A stretch of 64,000 bases of DNA from a virus. Its lineage: Duplodnaviria > Caudoviricetes. The first letter of the stretch is position 1. Each line of letters begins with the position of its first letter. The stretch is taken from IMG/VR virus record IMGVR_UViG_3300030376_006003, positions 1 to 64,000 of that record; one strand, written 5' to 3'. This document shows, piece by piece, positions 58,259 through 64,000 of the stretch. The position numbers and the translations under genes are program-made. The notes beneath the pieces are model-generated. The model did no database searches, had not been told where the DNA came from, and saw only the letters and a program-made list of their open reading frames with translations.

Positions 58259-58932
58259 TATTGTCTATTTATATTTATTTTATTATGTGAATCCTCCGGT
58301 GTAACTTTTAGTGAATTAAACTGTACATTTAGTATTTGATTCTCTATTTCTGCAAATAAGAATTCAGGTACGTATAGTTTCTGTAAATATCTTGGAACAC
58401 AGTCATCCTCTTCTGCACATGTCCAAGTTGATGTATCACCTTCAAAGACTCCTTCTAATTTAATACCGTCCCAGTCTATATTAGGAAAGTATAAATAACC
58501 ATCAACAAACCAATAGTATTTAGTATTGTTATATTTGAACGTTGTAGTCTTTGCCATAGAAACATAAGATCCTGGACTTGTAGGTTGTATCTCAACACTA
58601 CCGTCTAATGATGATACGGTTCTAACTAGTGGTCCCCAATAACCTTGCATAAAGGTTGGAAGCTTATGTTTACTTCTTTTTATAGTATGTCCTGAAGTTA
58701 AACCAGTACAACCAGCTTCTAGTTTATCAACCTCTATTAGCTCTACATGAGGTAATGTCTGCCAAATTGCGCTAAACTTCATTAGTTTATTGGCATGATC
58801 TTGCCTTCTCATTAACATCTGAGCATACTTTAGGATAAGACTATATAAGTATCTATCAGTAATAAAAGCGTCTTGTGACGTTGCTTTAAGGGATCCTCTG
58901 AGTCTTGATATTGCTTCTCCTATTGTTGTCAT
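58258..58932 (-). CDS. Putative tail ring / structural protein
   Basis: Synteny; YYWFVDGYLYF...IKLEGVFE; TAATG coupling to the next gene. Confidence 0.6.
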   Translation of the reverse strand: MTTIGEAISRLRGSLKATSQDAFITDRYLYSLILKYAQMLMRRQDHANKLMKFSAIWQTLPHVELIEVDKLEAGCTGLTSGHTIKRSKHKLPTFMQGYWGPLVRTVSSLDGSVEIQPTSPGSYVSMAKTTTFKYNNTKYYWFVDGYLYFPNIDWDGIKLEGVFEGDTSTWTCAEEDDCVPRYLQKLYVPEFLFAEIENQILNVQFNSLKVTPEDSHNKININRQ

Positions 58933-58933
58933 A

Positions 58934-59458
58934 TTACTTCTTTTTGTTTTTATACATATCTGTAACTCTAATTTTTGTTCTCATAGTGACAAATTTTTTC
59001 CAATTCTTAGGATAAAATTTTGCTACAGCTCTTTTAAATTGCCTTACTGCTGTAAACTGCCATAACTCTCTAGTTTTAAACTTATACCTAGGAGAATAAT
59101 TTGTATAAAATATTTTACCTACATGACCATCTGTATCCCAGTTCTTGTTTTGTATAAGCTTTCCATACTTTTTTGATAAGGCATAATCAACATTAACCTT
59201 TTTAGCAGCAGGACAGCTTCCTATAAACAAGTAACCTAGAAACTCTGGAAGTTCAACTCCATTTCTATTATTTAGAACCATGTCCCAGATTTTACCATTA
59301 AAGCTTGATATAACTTTTTTTAGTTTATTATTATCAACACTTGAATACATAGGATTCTTATCCTTAAATTTATCTAATGTATCAGAGTTTAACAAGTTCA
59401 AAACCTTTTCTTTATATCTGGGTTTATTTAAATCTGGTCCTTTATAATTACCTATCAT
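58934..59458 (-). CDS. IHF/HU-like basic protein of the crAss-like structural module
   Basis: KKVISSFNGKIWDMVL...GVELPEFLGYLFI resembles the HU/IHF helix2-beta region; very basic. Confidence 0.6.
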   Translation of the reverse strand: MIGNYKGPDLNKPRYKEKVLNLLNSDTLDKFKDKNPMYSSVDNNKLKKVISSFNGKIWDMVLNNRNGVELPEFLGYLFIGSCPAAKKVNVDYALSKKYGKLIQNKNWDTDGHVGKIFYTNYSPRYKFKTRELWQFTAVRQFKRAVAKFYPKNWKKFVTMRTKIRVTDMYKNKKK

Positions 59459-59469
59459 ATTTCATACAT

Positions 59470-59502
59470 TATAATTTACAAAAAAAAGAGGAGTTATTCA
59501 AA
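59470..59502 (-). promoter_or_regulatory. Bipartite promoter-like motif TTTG-N19-GTAAATTATA
   Basis: Recurrent motif just upstream of the ATG at 59458. Confidence 0.6.
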
Positions 59503-59503
59503 C

Positions 59504-60685
59504 TTATTCAGGAGAATATGATAACTCACAAATTTCCCCTTTTATAGGGCTATGCAAAGACAATACACCAGATCTTCTGGATCCTACAAATTTATTATGA
59601 TAATGGTAATAATCTGTACGTGAAAGACTTGGTAGAATTTTTAACATAAAACCTGTCTTTTCATGTTCAGTTATATATTCTATTTTCTTTTTATGGTGAT
59701 AATGTCCTGTATATAATGTTCTATATAAAGTTTTACCCCACTCTCTAGGATACTCCATGGAATATACCATTAATGAATTCTTAGTATTAACATCTCCATG
59801 TTCAAAAGCAAAGAAGTTATCTCCATATACAAACACTTTTCTTTCAAGATATACAACATCCCATATTATTTTTGGATCATCAAAACATTTAGATAATGCG
59901 TGTGCTAAATGAAATGAAGATAATCTATCATGATTACCAGGTATATAAACTACTTGTAATTCATCACAAAATTGTTTAATGTAATTAATACTCCATTGTA
60001 TAGCATTAAAAGCTTGCATATATGCCTCTGTAGCTGTTTTACAGTTATCTAATGGTGTTCCACTAGTGGTACTACCATTCCATGTATCCATGTTGATTAA
60101 ATCTCCTCCTACTACATAATATATTTTTTCTAGATGATGTGATCCAGATGCTCTTGCTACTAAATCTACTATTGTTTCTTCAAAATCTTTATCTATAGTT
60201 TCATTACCTTCTTTACCAAAATGTATATCTTGTAAAGACAAAACTCCAGCTGTTTTTATTTTACCTGGAGTTTCTAGTCTTTTTACTTCTTTATATTTTT
60301 TTGGTTTAAAACCTTTTAATAATTCAGCAACATTATCTACCTCATTATCTTTTAATTTAGTAACCATTGCTGATACACGCCAATGATCACCCATTTGTTT
60401 ATTCCAATAACTTGATAACTTCCATTGAGTTGTATCTATATTTAATATATCAATTATTTCTTCAGGTGATTTAGGTTCTGAAGCACTCATTGTCTCCATT
60501 TTTGCTTCACCTTTTTCTAGATTATATTCATATGAGGTTGCTGTATTCTCTAGTAAATCCTGTGATTTTACATAATCTTTTAGTTTGTCATAATCTTCTA
60601 CTGAAATTTCTAGTCTTTCTGCACAATATTCAGATGTTTTTTTCCACTTAAATGATGTTCTAATCTTGTCAAATAATGATTCCAT
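59504..60685 (-). CDS. Calcineurin-like metallophosphoesterase
   Basis: All five motifs present: QDIHFG, GGDLIN, PGNHD, FEHGD, TGHYHH. Confidence 0.9.
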   Translation of the reverse strand: MESLFDKIRTSFKWKKTSEYCAERLEISVEDYDKLKDYVKSQDLLENTATSYEYNLEKGEAKMETMSASEPKSPEEIIDILNIDTTQWKLSSYWNKQMGDHWRVSAMVTKLKDNEVDNVAELLKGFKPKKYKEVKRLETPGKIKTAGVLSLQDIHFGKEGNETIDKDFEETIVDLVARASGSHHLEKIYYVVGGDLINMDTWNGSTTSGTPLDNCKTATEAYMQAFNAIQWSINYIKQFCDELQVVYIPGNHDRLSSFHLAHALSKCFDDPKIIWDVVYLERKVFVYGDNFFAFEHGDVNTKNSLMVYSMEYPREWGKTLYRTLYTGHYHHKKKIEYITEHEKTGFMLKILPSLSRTDYYHYHNKFVGSRRSGVLSLHSPIKGEICELSYSPE

Positions 60686-60702
60686 TTATTTTATTTTGGT
60701 TA

Positions 60703-60714
60703 ATAATTTACAAA
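60703..60714 (-). promoter_or_regulatory. Promoter-like core TTTGTAAATTAT
   Basis: Core of the recurrent motif, located between a terminator and the ATG at 60685. Confidence 0.5.
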
Positions 60715-60730
60715 TATATAAAAAATATTT

Positions 60731-60765
60731 AAAAAAAAAGGTCCAGTGTTAACCCCGGACCTTTT
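60731..60765 (-). terminator. Rho-independent terminator
   Basis: Minus strand GGTCCGGGG-TTAA-CACTGGACC followed by T9, downstream of the FN3 gene. Confidence 0.8.
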
Positions 60766-60816
60766 CACAATTAAGTTTTGGAAAACCAATTAAACCATCA
60801 CTTTCTTGTTTTATCT

Positions 60817-61341
60817 TTATAATGTTGAAGCATATATTATAACAGATGGACATAAAGCACTAGAAGAATATACTCTAAATTCATATGCTGTTCCAGTAGC
60901 AAGGCAAGTTATATCATAATTTGTTGCTGTTAAACCTGTTACTGCATCAGTCCAAATACTTGTACCAGCTTGTCTATATTGAACTGTATATGTTCCTGCT
61001 ACTAATGCAGCACTCCATATAAGATTAATACTGGTAGTTGTTATACCTGAACTCATTAAACCTACTGGAGCTTTTGTAAAACAATCTCCTCCAGCTGTTG
61101 CAATTATCATTCTCTGTAATGTAGATAATAATCTTTCACCATTTTCTACAATAATATCATTAGAACCATTTATAGTATAACTAAATTTATCATAACAATG
61201 AGATAAACAGTTTGTACAAGTTAATGACTCACATCTTTCTATAGGTTTATTGCAATTTGATAACTCACACGTATGTGTATAAGCTGTTTGATCACAACCA
61301 CAAGGTAATTTATTACATGGATCTGTTGTACAGTCGCTCAT
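60817..61341 (-). CDS. Cys-rich protein with C-terminal fibronectin type III domain
   Basis: APVGL...ITTTSINLIW...YTVQYR...W...LATGTAYEFRV is an FN3 pattern; N-terminal Cys cluster. Confidence 0.75.
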   Translation of the reverse strand: MSDCTTDPCNKLPCGCDQTAYTHTCELSNCNKPIERCESLTCTNCLSHCYDKFSYTINGSNDIIVENGERLLSTLQRMIIATAGGDCFTKAPVGLMSSGITTTSINLIWSAALVAGTYTVQYRQAGTSIWTDAVTGLTATNYDITCLATGTAYEFRVYSSSALCPSVIIYASTL

Positions 61342-62387
61342 TATACTTCTAATTTAGTTGGGTTAGTATATTCTTTTTGAGGTGCTGGACAAGCAGAAGA
61401 AACATCTGTCCAAAAAGGAGCTGTTCTACTATACCTAGCAATTGTGTTACCGCCCTTTGAACCTGCTACTGCATACCAAGCTCCATTTAAGCATTCTGAA
61501 GAAGCTGAAGGTACCCCACTTGAAAAAGCTGGTAACGCTGGATCAAATAAAACTCCATTCTCATTCCAAAGATCTCTAGCACCATGTTGTGCTCCATCTG
61601 TAACAGAAGCATTTTTCAGCACTGTCTCACATTTATTACCGTGTAAAAAGAATGTATATATACCTCCCATTCTTGTAATAGTTAACTTATCTGCTGTTTC
61701 ATCTAGTAAGATTCTAACTGTACTTCTAAGATCTCCAATTACAGCCCACATGTTTTTAACTGTGTCTGATAAAGTTTGTGTATTATGTTCAAGAGGTTGT
61801 GTATATTCTGTCAGTGGTTGATTAATATCTCCAATTTGTGCTGATATACCCTTTGCTATTTGTGATGTATTTCCTACAAGTTTACCTGTAGTTACTACTT
61901 CTTTTTCTGTAGCTCTTACAATTTTTTCTATTGGATGTAGTTTATTTTGTTCAACTGTTCCGCTTGAATAAAGTAAAGGATTTTTCTCTCCTTGTTCTCT
62001 TCTATTAGCTTCATCTAACTTTTTTTGTAAACCTTGTGCAACCTTCTTTTGAACTGATAGATCTTTATGTAGTATTGCTACACCATTTGTTAATGCTTCT
62101 ATTAGATTAGGTAAAGTTACTTTATCACTTGTCGTATTAGCATACCTTTTAAAAGACTCTGATACACTGAATATCAGATCATTAACATCTATCTTACCAT
62201 CATTATTTGAATCAGGTGTACCTGCTGGCACTTCCATTTTAGCAACATTATCAATTATAAGTTGTAAAAGTTGTTCATCTGTTGCCGCCCTTTCTCCTTT
62301 TAAACTATTTTGATTGATATTAGAAATATCAAGACGTATTGTACGTCCATTATTTAGACCTGATTTGTTTGAAGTTTCAAAAGCCAT
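61341..62387 (-). CDS. Coiled-coil protein with a DxNxDG Ca-binding-like loop
   Basis: DSNNDGKIDVNDL plus heptad-rich segments. Confidence 0.6.
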   Translation of the reverse strand: MAFETSNKSGLNNGRTIRLDISNINQNSLKGERAATDEQLLQLIIDNVAKMEVPAGTPDSNNDGKIDVNDLIFSVSESFKRYANTTSDKVTLPNLIEALTNGVAILHKDLSVQKKVAQGLQKKLDEANRREQGEKNPLLYSSGTVEQNKLHPIEKIVRATEKEVVTTGKLVGNTSQIAKGISAQIGDINQPLTEYTQPLEHNTQTLSDTVKNMWAVIGDLRSTVRILLDETADKLTITRMGGIYTFFLHGNKCETVLKNASVTDGAQHGARDLWNENGVLFDPALPAFSSGVPSASSECLNGAWYAVAGSKGGNTIARYSRTAPFWTDVSSACPAPQKEYTNPTKLEV

Positions 62388-62411
62388 ATTCTATTTTCTT
62401 TTCTTATATAT

Positions 62412-62444
62412 TATAATATACAAATATTATGTGTTATATACAAA
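62412..62444 (-). promoter_or_regulatory. Bipartite promoter-like motif TTTG-N19-GTATATTATA
   Basis: Recurrent motif upstream of the ATG at 62387. Confidence 0.6.
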
Positions 62445-62458
62445 TGATTCATCATTCT

Positions 62459-64000
62459 TTATACTACAGTAACTGTATTGTTAAATAAGTCAATTTCAAC
62501 TGAAGTACCATCACCTGCTGATATTGCTTGTCCATTTGTTCCAATACCTACTTCTATGTGTGAACCTGGATTACTAGGATCTTCTCTAAATATTCTCATA
62601 ATACTAGCATCTCCGTGAGCATTAGCAACCCATGTATTATCACCATCAAATTCTATTTGATCACCTACCTGATAATTCTCACCTGGTTGTTGTACAGTTG
62701 GTACTATTGAAGTATCTGTATGTGCAGAAAGTACATTTCCAGCTGATTTATCAGCTCTAATAAAAGCACCTGAACCTGAACCTGTAATAGCTTTTATATA
62801 ATACGCAGTATTATTTTGAGAGCTATTATTAGTTATATAATTTGAACCACCTGCAGTAAAAGCACCTAATGTAATAATTCCACCATTAGCGTCAACTGAT
62901 GCTACGGTTGCAAGAGCTCCTGAACCTGAACATTTATTCCATTGATCTCCAATTAGTCTTGCTGTTATTACACCATTTGCAGACTGAGAAGACAGGTCAT
63001 TAATAATAGAATCTGTTAATTTAAATAATCCTGAATTTCTACCACTGTAACCCCAGGTATAACCTACTGGAAAATAACCCCAAATATTTTCATTTTGTGT
63101 CTGTCTTGCATCATTTATTATTCCAGAATCCGTTTGATCTGTGTCATTAGTGTGTATGGACCATGAGTTTGGGTAGTTCCTTGACCACGTTGGGTCAGTG
63201 TTAGAAGCTCTAGTCCAACCTGCTGGTGGGTCAAAACTTTCATTACTCCATCTTCTTGCATATACACTATTCCAGTTGTCTTGTTTATCGCTGCTGCTAT
63301 TATTTGTATTTATTTTTCTAGATTTTCTATATATTGTTTCACCTGCTTGATTTACACAAGAAAGTTGTAACCTAAATCCACCATCAGCACAACCATGGGT
63401 ATTGTTAGATTCTGCTACTAAAGGTATTGATACAGTAGAATTAGGAGCATACATTATATCTTCTTCTACAATTGTAAATTCCATAGGACCTGTAAAATTT
63501 AAATCGTTTGTAGCAAATGCTGCATTTAAAGTAGCAACATCAAATTCAATTGTTTGACCTACAGCTACATTGCCAGGATTAGAACAGGATTCTAAACTTG
63601 CTCCTATCTCATTACCTTTTCTAAAAAGCGTGAATGTAGTTCCTCCACCTAAACCTCCATATGTTCCACCTGATGCCGTTATTCCATTATAAGAATTATT
63701 AGTAGAACTACCTCCTATTGAAAATACGGGAAGTATACTTCTATTCCAAAGAGGAGGTCCGGGTAAAGTTAAACCAGCATGACTCTGAGGTGCTGTATAT
63801 GTATTAAGGCCTGTTGTAGCAGGCATCGTATGTACTATACTATTTCCTGCAGTAGTTGTACCACCAGTATATCCTATTTGGAACTGCATGTTTTGTATTA
63901 TTTGATAAGCAGCACTTACAGTAACTATTTGTTCAGCAAATAAAGCACCCGGATCTTCAACTCTTAATTTGAATAATGTTTGACCTGCTGCTACAGGTCC
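62459..64000 (-). CDS. Tail/fiber-like Gly/Thr/Asn-rich protein (5' end beyond the window)
   Basis: The frame stays open for 37 codons upstream of the track start at 63889, up to the window edge; beta-rich, with GSGA.A....G.I......GG.NY-type repeats. Confidence 0.7.
   Translation of the reverse strand, partial: GPVAAGQTLFKLRVEDPGALFAEQIVTVSAAYQIIQNMQFQIGYTGGTTTAGNSIVHTMPATTGLNTYTAPQSHAGLTLPGPPLWNRSILPVFSIGGSSTNNSYNGITASGGTYGGLGGGTTFTLFRKGNEIGASLESCSNPGNVAVGQTIEFDVATLNAAFATNDLNFTGPMEFTIVEEDIMYAPNSTVSIPLVAESNNTHGCADGGFRLQLSCVNQAGETIYRKSRKINTNNSSSDKQDNWNSVYARRWSNESFDPPAGWTRASNTDPTWSRNYPNSWSIHTNDTDQTDSGIINDARQTQNENIWGYFPVGYTWGYSGRNSGLFKLTDSIINDLSSQSANGVITARLIGDQWNKCSGSGALATVASVDANGGIITLGAFTAGGSNYITNNSSQNNTAYYIKAITGSGSGAFIRADKSAGNVLSAHTDTSIVPTVQQPGENYQVGDQIEFDGDNTWVANAHGDASIMRIFREDPSNPGSHIEVGIGTNGQAISAGDGTSVEIDLFNNTVTVV

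Noticed and set aside
2360-61821. Many short plus-strand ORFs in the track (e.g. 41184-41684, 49081-49500, 19787-20158, 61444-61821)
   Set aside because: They are antisense shadows of long minus-strand genes, Ser/Leu/Phe-rich with no recognisable motifs.
1-64000. Stop-codon reassignment (TAG or TGA), known in some crAss-like phages
   Set aside because: Very long ORFs are open in the standard code, and TAG (13737, 45855) and TGA (41646) act as stops at sensible gene ends.
1-64000. tRNA, rRNA, CRISPR array or integrase
   Set aside because: Intergenic gaps are short and AT-rich with no cloverleaf or regularly spaced repeats, and no recombinase motifs were seen.

Overview
AT-rich, gene-dense segment of a large tailed dsDNA phage, almost all on the minus strand. 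It is most consistent with a crAss-like (Crassvirales-related) phage of a Bacteroidota, probably Flavobacteriales, host. In transcription order (right to left): a partial tail/fiber-like gene, a coiled-coil protein, an FN3 protein, a metallophosphoesterase, an IHF/HU-like gene, two putative tail ring proteins, a 2553-aa tail stabilization (muzzle-like) protein with an inserted vWA domain, three ~1200-1400-aa putative cargo proteins sharing a short repeated motif, a 1064-aa ejection-type protein, a 5068-aa virion RNA polymerase (RIP...DFDID) and its 1794-aa partner, and a SET-domain protein. A lone plus-strand class II ribonucleotide reductase follows. The left end holds a 2602-aa SprB-repeat/beta-propeller adhesin, an M15 endolysin with small membrane proteins, and a cluster of tiny or exported host-like genes (23-aa CDGSH peptide, CxxC-less thioredoxin, T9SS-substrate-like protein). 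Two observations stand out. (1) The RNAP and its partner each appear to have exactly one cysteine, at the facing C- and N-termini, suggesting a disulfide-linked ejection chain. (2) About 20 copies of a x-x-G-x-E-L-P-x-F-x-x-G-like motif separate effector-like domains (GNAT, LysM plus lysozyme-like, EIQSD domain) in the cargo proteins, suggesting processed or targeted virion polyproteins. All domain calls come from manual motif recognition; no database search was run.
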